A stretch of 63,867 bases of DNA, counting the filler, from Klebsormidium nitens (lineage: Eukaryota; Plantae; Klebsormidiophyceae), in assembly GCA_000708835.1 (NCBI GenBank). It is 5 parts of 5 records of this genome, joined end to end, with 100 filler letters (N's around TTAATTAATTAA, not from the genome) between each part and the next. Parts side by side here need not be neighbours in the genome. Positions count along the whole stretch, not along the records: positions 1 to 14,890 come from DF238029.1; 4 more parts are not named here. One strand, written 5' to 3'. How positions within the stretch are numbered: position 1 is the first letter of the stretch; every line of letters begins with the position of its first letter. The notes under the pieces are model-generated. The model worked only from the letters and a program-made list of their open reading frames with translations, did not search any database and was not told where the DNA came from. A program made the position numbers and the translations under genes. This document shows positions 1 to 9,933 of the stretch, in pieces.

Positions 1-700
1 ATTTTTGACGCACGTTCTTAGGTCGACCCCCTTTGATGACGTCAGCAGCCATTCCCCGCACTTTTGCTTGTGACTGATGGCGCGAAGGTGTCTGAGTGTC
101 CGAAGTTTTGACGCACGTTCTTAGGTCGACCCCCTTTGATGACGTCAGCAGCCACTCCCTGCACTTTTTCGTTTGTGACTGATGGTGCGACGGTGTCCAA
201 GCGTCCGAGTTTTTTAGGAGCGTTTTGAGGTCGACCCCCTTGGATGACGTCAGCAGCCATTCTATGCACTTTCGTCTGTGATTGATGGCGCGAACGTGTC
301 TGAGTGTCCGAGCTTTCGATGATCCTTTTGAGGTGGACCCTCTTTGATAACGTCAGCAGCCATTCCCTGCACTTTTCCTCTGTGATTGATGGCGCGAACG
401 TGTCCAAGTGTCCGAATTTTTCATGATCCTTTTGAGGTGGACCCCCTTTGATGACGTCAGCAGCCATTCCCTGCAATTTTCACTTGTAATTGATGGCGCG
501 AACGTGTCCAAGTGTCCAAGTTTTTGATGAGAATTTTCATGTCGACCCCTCTGGTGACGTCAGCAGTAGTTCCACCAATAATCCACTGTGATTGGCGGCG
601 CAAGGGTGTCCGAGTGTCCTAGTTTCCTGCTCGCCTTTCCCGTCGTTGCTTCGGGATGACGTCACCAACCATCCCCGACCAATTATCTGCTGCAACAAAT
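1..700 (+). repeat. Tandem array of ~103-bp degenerate units with a GATGACGTCAGCAGCCATTC core (left end cut by the window edge)
   Basis: TGACGTCA cores at 37, 140, 245, 348 (TAACGTCA variant), 452, 555 and 657, spaced 102-105 bp. Units also share GTCGACCCC and TGATGGCGCGAACGTGTC(C/T)GAGTGTCCGA. Confidence 0.95.
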
Positions 701-829
701 TATCACGCTCTTTTTGTCCTGACTGATGGAAACTAAGTTATTCATCATGAATTCTTTAAAACAGAAGGCTACTCAAGTCTTGAATTCGTCGAGAAGACTC
801 ACGTGCTTTTCGACCCGTTTCTCGTGCAG

Positions 830-1680
830 GGAATGGCAAAGGGGTCTGCAAGCAGATGCTCGAGACCACGCTGGGCAAATACTACGGCGGCATGTCCAAG
901 GACGCCGTGGTCAAGGCCCCCGGACAACGCCCGCCGTCCAAGGGCGCTGCCACGGGCTACCTCGCCGAGCTCCTGGGGAAAAGGGTGGCCGTAACGGACG
1001 AGACGAGTCCGGGGGAGCGCGTGGACCTTGGGCTCGTGCTAATGATGACCGGCGGGGGCAAGGTCACATCCCGGCTCCTCTACCAGAACAACGCCTCGTT
1101 CCGGTTCACCCACACGCCCTTCATCCAGACCAACTACGACCCCGAGATCCCCCCAACCCTGGCGAAGCAGCCCAACATCGAACGGCGCCTCATCGTGGTC
1201 CGCTTCCCAAACGAGTACGTGTCGGAAAACAAGTTCGACGAGACCAACCCCAGCCACAGGCACGTGGACGTTGGGCTGAAGGACCGGATGGAGACTCCAG
1301 CGGTCCGCGAAGAGTTCCTCACGTTTTTGGTCCAGGGCAGCCGGGCTTGGTACGAGGACCCCACGGTCTTGCGTCGGCACCCGCCGGCCGTCCAGGCGGC
1401 CGCGACGGCGTGGCTGCGCCGCGGAGACAAGCTGCAGACCTTCTTGCAGTCGGAGCACTGCGCGCACGACCTGGCGGACACGCCCGACAGCGCCAAGACC
1501 ATCACCTGGGAGGACGAGTTCTGGATGCGGTTCCAGCAGTTTGTGGCAGGGGTCAAGATCGCCAAGGAGGAGTTGGCGAGGCAGATGCGAGAGAAGGGCT
1601 TTGTGAGAACGAAGCGGGTTGGGCGTTTTGACGGGTCGTCCCAGCGGAGCTCCTGCTACGTAGGCTTCAAGTGCGAGTAG
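830..1680 (+). CDS. D5/P4-type superfamily 3 helicase, C-terminal part (Walker A remnant, Walker B, motif C, winged helix); probably a terminal exon or fragment
   Basis: The ORF 856-1680 frame extends upstream as (G)NGKGVCKQ, a Walker A remnant directly after a pyrimidine-rich CAG acceptor at 827-829. It also has VAVTDETS (Walker B), FIQTNYDP, IERRLIVVRFPNEYV and a C-terminal wHTH (LQTFLQ...GFVR...CYVGF). Confidence 0.85.
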
Positions 1681-2067
1681 GATTGATATCTATTGGCCCG
1701 ACGAGTCACTTGCTCGTTAATTAGACTTGGTTTGTTGGGTGAGGTTACAAAGTGGTCGGTCTTTGCCCCCTTCTGAAGAGCGCATAGATACTTCATCTTG
1801 TAACTTTATTGTTCTGCCTGATATTGTTAATGATGGTACAAGTCGGACCAATGTAATAGATTGACTTGAAGTGTACGAATCATCCACACTCATCCATGCT
1901 CGCAGTCCACGAATTAGAATGGTTTGGAGATGGCTTATAAACCTCATGAAGCTCGCAGTGCCAATCACTCAATCGACGAGATACTAAATGCATGTCAACG
2001 CGTGCTCAAATATGATAGATCATGATTGGGGCAAATGTCGAATGCCGGAATTGATGGCATGTAACTT

Positions 2068-2760
2068 GAAGTGTCCGAGTGTCCAAGCGTCCGAGCTTCT
2101 TAATCGAGTTTTCCGTGGTCAAGCGGGGATGACGTCAGCATTCGTACCACGTACCAAGTGACATCCGCGCAATGATGAAGGCATACCCTAATGTTCAACT
2201 CCGCGCAGCATAAGAGATGGGTAGAATGGCTGCTGACGTCATCCCAGCCCCGTCAGAGGATATTAGATTCAAAAGCTCGGACGCTCGGACGCTCGGACGC
2301 TCGGACACTTGTGTACGCCATCAATTACAGCAGAATTCTGGGCGGTTGAATGGCTGCTGACGTCATCCCAGCCCAGTTAGAGGATACTAAATGTAAAAGC
2401 TCGGACGCTCGGACGCTTGTGCAAAGAAGAATTCTGGGCGGAATGGCTGCTGACGTCATCGAGCGGGTTCGAGCTCAGAAGGTGCATCAAAAACTCGGAC
2501 ACTCGGACACGTTCGCCCTATCAACTACAGCGAAATTGTTGTCGGAATGCTTGCTGACGTCATTGAGAGGCTCCATGTCAAAAAGGTGCGTCAAAAATTC
2601 GGACACTCGGACACCTTCGCGCCATCAATCACAGTGGATTCTTGGTGGAATGGCTGCTGACGTCATGAAGAAGGTCCCACCTCGAAAGGTACGTCAAAAC
2701 TCGGACACTCGGACGCTTACAGTGCACGCCATTGATTGCAGCGGGAAAGTGGCCGGGATG
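2068..2760 (-). repeat. Second cluster of the same ~103-bp repeat family: one forward unit, then five reverse-complement units
   Basis: Forward GGGATGACGTCAGCA at 2126-2140. Inverted GAATGGCTGCTGACGTCAT cores at 2234, 2358, 2451, 2555 and 2658. The 8-bp subrepeat (GCTCGGAC)x4 is at 2275-2306. Confidence 0.92.
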
Positions 2761-2881
2761 GCCCATTTCCAATGGAGTGATTTAAGTCCAGATATGAATG
2801 ATTGATCGGTGCTATAGTACCCCAAGTGTTCATGGACTTAAGGAATCGTGGATTGCCATTTCATGATCATTCGGGTTCATC

Positions 2882-4328
2882 ATGGCAGTTCCTAGCGTAT
2901 CACCCGCCACACCCATGACGTCTTCAGCTTCTCCACAACTTTGGAAGGGAGATGGTGGTTGCTTCGTTTGCCTCGAGCGGCATGCAAACGAGTCGCAAAG
3001 CTGCGGCAAGAGCTTTGTATCAAAGCAAGCTTTGGAAGGCCACCGCAAGCGAACGGGGTGTGAGCCATGGAAGCTGCCAAGCGACCGCGCACCCTCCAAG
3101 TATCGCGGCATGGGGCCGGAAGCTGCTCGTCAATTGAAGCCGGTTAGCGACAGAGCGGCCGTGTCAAAGTACCGAACGACGCTTGAGGGGGAGCGGGCCG
3201 TCCACCGCGCGCGGCACATAGCCAAATACCGCCTCATGGCTTGCAGCGCCGTGCCCTCTCCCCCGATGCCCAAAGTACCCGCTTACGTGCGGCCACCCAT
3301 CTCGTGGCTCCTTGCAGATGCTGAGGTGTTCCCGTGGGAGCTCAAGGAGAAGTTCGACAGGGGCGAGATCGTGCTCAGCCACGCGACGTGGTCCCTGCGA
3401 TTTCATCCAGACAAGGTCCAGGTAGGGACTCAACCCGTTCGCCAGTGCAGCTTCGACTTCCATTTTGGGTCACCTGTGGTTAGGCTGCACCTGGCGGGCT
3501 AACGGATGGCCTGGGGGCCATAGGTACGCAGTGATAACTTTTGGGTATCTCTGCCTGTTTCTCGTACTTGATTTTGTCCATAGGTATGCAGTGATAACTT
3601 TTGGGTATCTCTGCCTGTTCTCGTCCTTCATTTTTTAAGTTGGTCTGGACCTAATCCTGCTGCTTGCCACAGGCACCCAGTGATAACTTTTGGGTATCTC
3701 TGTCCGCTTCTCATTTGATTGATGTATTCCGGCTTCGATTGTGTACTCAATTCGTGTACTTTCCTATTCAATCAAAGTACATAACCCAATAATCTAGTTG
3801 ATGGTGTACATTCCTCTGAAGAAGCTCTGCGTTCATCAATTGGATACACCCCGCTTCTAATGTTCGGGGTCCTCATCACAAGCAATGTACATCAATTGAT
3901 ATTCGTGTACATCATCCCTGATTGACTGCGGCATCATTTCCGAGCAGAGGAGGAGTGGGGAACATCTGCGACGATTCGTTGAACACTTCACGGGCTCTGC
4001 TGACGGCTTAGACCCGGAGCAAGCGAAGGCGTGCTACGCTACGGAGCTATTCGCCCCACTCAACGACGAGCGTTTCAAGCTCGGTCAGAGCGCTCAAAAG
4101 GCTGGTGGTATGTTGTGGAGAGCGTGGTTGTCAGTCGAATGTGCACTCATCGACGACTACTCCGAATATCTGGTCGAGTTTGAGGATTACTTAGCAAAGG
4201 TAAAGCAAGCGACCGAAGGGGTAGAACGGGCACGCGAGAGGTGGATTCGTGAGAGGCTAGAGGAAAAGTTCAAAAAGTCAAAGGCATATAGGAGATATAT
4301 GAACAATCGAAGTACCGAGCAGGAGTGA
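2882..4328 (+). CDS. Hypothetical protein with a C2H2/C2HC-like zinc finger; spliced model with exon 2882-3421, candidate microexons 3524-3544, 3584-3604, 3673-3693, and terminal exon 3948-4328
   Basis: Motif CGKSFVSKQALEGHRKRTGC. The CAG|GTAGGG donor at 3421/3422 and GCAG| acceptor at 3947 are both phase 0. The reading frame is open from 3948 into ORF 4110-4328. Confidence 0.5.
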
Positions 4329-4945
4329 TGAAGCGGCTATGTGCTATGGCACCTTGTGAATTTTCCTTGCGAACGATACCTCGAGCGTTTTCAATGGATG
4401 CAATCCTAGGTCACCGACCCCAGTCTCACTTTGCCATCATGTCCATGGATCGCTCTGTGCTCGAAAGCGCGCAATCATCAATCGTAAGAAGCTATCAACA
4501 GTTTGGATTGCTTGAAACCATTCTAGATACGGCGGCTCTTGGTGGCATGCGAGCTCTTACAGAGCCGTTCGACCTACGGCATATGACAAGAGCGCTCGTT
4601 CGGTCGCTCATCTCTGAGGGGTTCCACGCCTATTGGGATCGATCTGGCATTAACGGTCCGTACGCCGTCAAGGTGTCCTGGCGAACCGCTCTGAATAATG
4701 CAGCTCGAGCGCGACGTCGAGCGAGAAACTTGCGAATCTCAACGGCTCAGGCAAAGGAGCATGTTATGGCACTCGAGGTGTCTCCAAAAGATCGCACGAC
4801 GCCAAAGGCGGTTTCCCCGCCGTCCTCATGTCGTGCACCAAGCGTTGTGTGGGATGACGAGCCGGTTTTGGATCTTGAAATGATTGCAAATCGGGAAAAG
4901 GCTCGAGTTGCTCCCGAAGTTTCTGAAATGATGTCGCCCAGATAA
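4328..4945 (+). CDS. Hypothetical intronless protein (~205 aa)
   Basis: Long ORF whose ATG overlaps the upstream stop (TGATG at 4326-4330). No recognisable domain. Confidence 0.45.
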   Translation: MKRLCAMAPCEFSLRTIPRAFSMDAILGHRPQSHFAIMSMDRSVLESAQSSIVRSYQQFGLLETILDTAALGGMRALTEPFDLRHMTRALVRSLISEGFHAYWDRSGINGPYAVKVSWRTALNNAARARRRARNLRISTAQAKEHVMALEVSPKDRTTPKAVSPPSSCRAPSVVWDDEPVLDLEMIANREKARVAPEVSEMMSPR

Positions 4946-5212
4946 CATGAATGTGCCGAAATTGCCCATTTTGCAATTTCTGTACGACTTCAGTCACAGT
5001 ATCTGCGTTAGTATTATTTGTTAACAAAATGGAATGGCGATCTTGCTTTTTAGGCAGCTTCTACACGACCTCATAACCGTTTTCATTGTGAAAAGCTGCT
5101 ACGAACCTCCGTTTGATCCATTTGATTTTGAACAGTGATATTCATATTTTCTGGGCCTCGCAACTTTGGGGTGGTCGAAATTTTCTCGACATTATCCAGA
5201 TAACCAGAGAAG

Positions 5213-6268
5213 ATGCAAGATCCGGCTCAAAGCACACGGCATATAACTAGTGTAACTCAGGGTGAACGGCTGCTACGGACAATATTCGATGATGGCAGCC
5301 GAAAAGAGCTCACGGTTCAGCAGTATACAAAGCATGTTACGCGTCTGTTCCAAGGTTTCAAGAGGCAACAAGACTTCAACAACTTGGAATGGATCAGGGA
5401 TGCTGACGGGATCATCGAGTACTTTCAAGATACTTACCCCGAAAAGCTCTCCATGCAAGCCACTGGGATAACCCCTTTGCTCGTCGTGTGTAAAAAGCAA
5501 TTCTCCAATGACAAAAGGCTCTATGAGCGGTACTATGAAAGGTACACAGCGGTGCGCAAGCTCATGGATGAGTTGAAGCCACCCCCACAGTACTTAACGG
5601 AGCGCGAAGCCTCGAATTGGAAGACTTTGGACCAGATCAATGAACGCCGGGTGGAGTTGCAGAGGCACGTGAACCGAAAGATCTTGCACAAAAAGCCGGA
5701 AGAGTTGACCATCGAGGACAAGATCGTACTCATTCGCCATCTCATTTTGTCTCTGTACACTTATAGCCCGGCTCTCCGGAACGATTTCTCAGAGTGCCCG
5801 ATCATCCGCTTCGAGGACATCGGGTCCGCTGAGGCACGCGAGCTCATGTCCGGCTCCGGAAACTACATGTTGGAATACGAAAAGGGTCGGTTTCGGCTCG
5901 TTTTAAAGGACTTCAAAACGGTCAAACACCATCGCGAGACAAGCATCGACATGCCCCAGCGGTCCTGTAATGTGATTGCTGAAAGTCTCCAGGTGTTTCC
6001 ACGGAAGTATCTCTTGTCACGCATGAGGTCACCGGATCAGCCAATGAGCCGGAATTACCTGACCAAGTTCTGCTCGACCGGGCTCTTTAAGGATGCGGCC
6101 GTTGGCAGTTGCCTCTTACGAAAGATATGTGTCTCGAACGCCATGAAGGATGCCCCGAGTTTGCGAGAACGAGATGAATTGGCACAGCAGATGCTGCACA
6201 GTGCCTCTATTGCTCAGCGAGTCTATGAAAAGCACTATATGCCGGACGGAAGCAGAATCAAATTCTGA
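5213..6268 (+). CDS. Tyrosine recombinase/integrase of the type found in Polinton-like viruses, virophages and large DNA viruses
   Basis: 351-aa intronless ORF with catalytic residues in the expected order and spacing: PALRND (R), KDFKT (K), CLLRK (HxxR box with H->C), MLHS (H), RVYEK (Y). It also has NYML and PRKYLL...PMSRNYLT, which I recall as typical of this subfamily. Confidence 0.85.
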   Translation: MQDPAQSTRHITSVTQGERLLRTIFDDGSRKELTVQQYTKHVTRLFQGFKRQQDFNNLEWIRDADGIIEYFQDTYPEKLSMQATGITPLLVVCKKQFSNDKRLYERYYERYTAVRKLMDELKPPPQYLTEREASNWKTLDQINERRVELQRHVNRKILHKKPEELTIEDKIVLIRHLILSLYTYSPALRNDFSECPIIRFEDIGSAEARELMSGSGNYMLEYEKGRFRLVLKDFKTVKHHRETSIDMPQRSCNVIAESLQVFPRKYLLSRMRSPDQPMSRNYLTKFCSTGLFKDAAVGSCLLRKICVSNAMKDAPSLRERDELAQQMLHSASIAQRVYEKHYMPDGSRIKF

Positions 6269-6611
6269 GTATGATTGCTATTCACTCGATGTGCTCCCCA
6301 ATCTGGCAGGCGCTTCAAGATACTTCAATGCTCGTGAATGCGTTCAAAGTGAGTGGCCGCACATCAGTCTCGTCCAATGTGTCACTGGAGAGTGCCGTTT
6401 GAGGCACCTTAAAGCCGGCGTTTGCCAATCGGATCAGAGTTTGCTTATGCAGCTTTTTTGTGTTGCCCGAGAGGAGTCTTTTGTACGCTTTTTGCATAAG
6501 GATGGTCTCCCGATTTCGGATATAGTGGTTTCTAACGTTCATTGCATGCTGTGCGTGGTGCGATTTTTGATATGAACGGCTTGTTTCGCACACGCGACAG
6601 TGACATGATGG

Positions 6612-9530
6612 ATGGGTCTCAGTTTCAATCGAGAGACTCGTGTTTTGGACCTTAACGCCCTACAATTGAGCTTCGAAAGAAAGTCGTACGAGAACGCGGA
6701 TGCCGAGGCAGCGCGTTTCAATCGCACCAGTTTTCTTCTTGACAAGGGTATAGACACCATGGCCACACTCGCAGCTGCTGGACCCAGCGCCTCAGGACCC
6801 CAGCCCACCGTGACTCGAGGGTCCAGAGCCCAGGGCCCCAAGAGCATCAGAGACGAGATCCTACGGCTTCGCGATGCTGGCCTGTTTGCGGTACCGGTAC
6901 GCATGTTTTGGGATCACGGCAAGGATAAAAAGGATGATGAAGGGAGAATAGTCAGACCCGCAAGAGCCAAAAAAAGCTGCTCAGCATCCAAAGTGGGCGG
7001 AGATGACGACTCCAGAGACGTGGAAGACCGCTTTCAATCGCGTTATGGGCGAAGTTCCAGGCGCAAATGGGATTGCGATATTGACGGAGGCTAGCGGCAT
7101 CATGGGTATTGATATTGATGTCACCGGCGATAACGAGAAGAATCCAGGAACTGAACTTTGGGATCGAATGGTCGCCCTCCATGGAGAACCGGACACACTG
7201 AAGGCTAAAAGCGGATCGGGTGGATTCCATTATTACTTCAAGGCGGACTCGCCGGGCCTCAAATGCACACAGAACTTCTCGACAATGAAGGTCGACGGCA
7301 AAAAGTTTGCGATGGATGGTCGTGGCATTGGAGGGCTCATGTACGCGCAGCCGTCAAGCTACATTGATGGTCAAGGTAACCTTAAGACGTACATGTGGCT
7401 CAACGGCCCGCCAAGCTACGACGCGTGCAAACTCATGCCTCCATGGTTGATAGAGTTGGTAAATAACAGTAGCGGCGAGCGTGCGGAGGCAAGTGGCACT
7501 AAAAGCAAAGGGGGTTCGATTAGGGCGTCTGTGGTGGAGCTTGACCGCACCGATCCCTCATTGGCAAGCCAATCGACTGGTGAGTCTCACGAAAGATCAG
7601 GGGCAGTTGAAGAGGTGAGGGAACTGCTGAAGAAAAAATCAAAAGACGATACAGCACACTACGGGGGTTTGACGCTGCTGCCAGAAGGTAACCGTTCCTT
7701 CCAATTTCGAGTTGGCGGCCCAAGAGTGTGCTATCTGGGTCGGGATCACAATGGTTCAAACAACTTTACCGTGATCCAAGGCTGCACTGGAAACTTTCGG
7801 CAGGTGTTCTATCATTGTTTTGGCACTGCTTGTCAAGGTGACGATATACGGCTCCTTGGAGAGTTGAGCATCTCGGCCGCTCTGGAGGGGGTTTCGGCGG
7901 ACGAGTTTGGGATCCGAGACAAAAGAATTACCAGCGAGGGCAATCTGGAGGCACGATTGCCGGCGGCGTTCATGAGAGAGATGGTGTGCAGGAGCGATTT
8001 TGGGGCGGCATCGATCTTTGCCCGCTTGTTTCAGCACGATCGGCGGATTGTGTACGATGCAGGAAGCTTCTGGATATGGGACGGACGGTCATGGATTGCA
8101 CACGAGACGGAAGCAACGGTTAAGAGCGCGTTCATGTGTCACATGGGCAAGGTGAAGGCCTTTTGGGTGAAGCGTATTGCGGGTGAGGGTCGTGAAAAGG
8201 TTCTCGAGGCAGAGCGCGCACGAGACGCCAGCTTGGCAAAGCTCCACGATGCAAAGCAAGATGCTCGATCAAGGAGGAGCGCCGAGACGGCCATCCAGAG
8301 GGCATTCAAGGCCTTGGAGAGGGACGCGGATCATCTCGCAAAGTGGTTGGGACCGGACGTCGAATCATTGCCAATCGCAACTCGATGTCTCACTCCACTG
8401 CAATCTATGTTGAAGCTTGATGGTTTTGCAAAGAAGCTGAACGCAAGTCGAGACCATCTGAACACTACGTCGGGCGCAATTCATCTACCAACAGGCAAGC
8501 TCACACCACATCATCCGAGCAACATGCTATCTCGAGAGACGGATACGGAGTACGTCGGGCCCGACTATCCGTCACCGTTGATCAATGAATTCATGCTGCA
8601 GATTCAAACTCCGAAGATCATCAAGGTTCTCCAGATGACGCTCGGCTATGGCATCACTGGACATTCGAGGGAGAAGCAATTCATCATATGGCACGGGCCC
8701 TCCAACTCGGCCAAGACGAAACTTCTTGACCTTGTAAGAGCTGCCATTGGGGTATACTTTTGTACAATGGATCGCGATTGCGTGATCGGGGCTGGGGTGA
8801 GATCCGAGGGTGCTGCTACACCGCATCTTGTGAAGCTCGAGGGCGCACACATTGCCGGTCTAGAAGAGACAAAGCCAGAGGACGTGTACAATGGAGCCAA
8901 TGTCAAATCCATCTCTTCAGGAGAAGGAGCCATGAGCGTAAGGCAATTGGATAAGCCACCGATCGACATCAAATGCCGTTGTCTTCCAATCATTTGCACG
9001 AACTCGTTGCCCAAGTTTGACGTGAAAATTCGGGAACGCTGAAGAAGCTTCGGGTGTTTCCATTCAAGCGAGAGTTTGTTGAGAATCCGAAGCCAAATAC
9101 CAACCAACGTTTGATTGATTATCACCTTTACGAGAAGATCCAGAGCCCCGAATGGCGGAAGCAGATGCTTGCTTGGCTCGTGAGAGGGAGCATGGCGTAC
9201 TACGAACGAGGGAGTCTGCCACGGGTGGAAGAGCTGCCAGAAGACATGCAAAAGGCTCTCAACGGGTACATAGATACCAACGATCATCTTCAAAGCTTCA
9301 TCAATGATCATTGCATGATTGGAGATCCACAAATGGTTGTGCATGTGGATGTATTGAAGCAAGCATTCGAGACGTACGTAGGCAGGCGCGATCGTCCCAT
9401 GACCGTCACCGAGTTCAAGACGCTAATGGTTGGCGTGAAGGGCGTTTCGTTTGCAAAGCAGATCAAGATTCGACAACGTAACACGACTGGCTATCGAGGA
9501 ATTGCCCTCTTGGAATGCTATGAGGCCTAG
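6612..9530 (+). CDS. Bifunctional primase-polymerase (Prim-Pol/AEP) + Zn-binding domain + D5_N + SF3 helicase + wHTH; split by two single-base frameshifts (~6969-6975 and ~9024-9028)
   Basis: AEP motifs GIAILT...GIDIDV and KSGSGGFHYYF. Zn module CYLGRDH...YHCFGTAC. D5_N IVYDAGSFWIWDGRSW. Walker A-like GPSNSAKT (8695-8718), Walker B IAGLEET, and motif C IICTNSLP. The frames join as ...RA|KKAAQHPKWAEM and ...KFDV|NSGTLKKLRVFPF. The true start may be the ATG at 6760. Confidence 0.88.
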
Positions 9531-9590
9531 GAGGCATCTTTGCGTGAACCCAATGGCATATAATTTGTTGCTTGAGGGTCGGAGCAAGGG

Positions 9591-9933
9591 GGTAGGTAAG
9601 GTAGGTAAAAGGTAGGTGCCTCAAAAACGTGTGTTTTAGGGTCATACTATGGTATGATTATTATTAAGGTAGGTAGGTTGGTATATAATATATACTATAT
9701 AGCATGTGAAATTTGACACGGTAGATGAACAAAAAAGACATCATACAAGAAGACGAAAGGTGTCTACCCACCTACTTGACTACCTCAATAGCAAGTCTAC
9801 CGATCTTCCAACCCTTTTATTACCAATTGCTGATCGTCTACCACCCTTGTTGAGCCACCTACCAGCACAAAGCTCCGCAAAGTAAGGATCAAAAATCGCC
9901 CATATATCGTGTGCTATGTACAAGACACCTACC
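9591..9933. other. Candidate iteron-type replication origin: convergent pentamer clusters around an AT-rich core
   Basis: GGTAG on + at 9591, 9600, 9611, 9668, 9672 and 9720. CTACC on + at 9764, 9780, 9797, 9838, 9859 and 9929. AT-rich stretch TATATAATATATACTATATA at about 9682-9701. The functional call is inference. Confidence 0.4.

Noticed and set aside
42-476. ORFs 42-476 (-) and 2350-2805 (+) with repeated MAADVI motifs
   Set aside because: They are translations of the tandem DNA repeat; unit lengths are not consistently multiples of 3.
1-2760. CRISPR array interpretation of the ~103-bp repeats
   Set aside because: Whole units are homologous and degenerate, with no unique spacers, no invariant direct repeat and no cas genes; the context is eukaryotic.
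3395-3421. LRFHPDK resembling a J-domain HPD motif
   Set aside because: The surrounding helices and spacing of a J-domain are not evident, and a short motif can occur by chance.
5176-5192. GTCGA-N7-TCGAC dyad just upstream of the recombinase as a possible att core
   Set aside because: The arms are only 5 bp and no second copy was found at a plausible other end.
6966-6977. Programmed -1 frameshift at AAAAAAG in the primase gene
   Set aside because: The downstream frame requires +1 (or -2), not -1.
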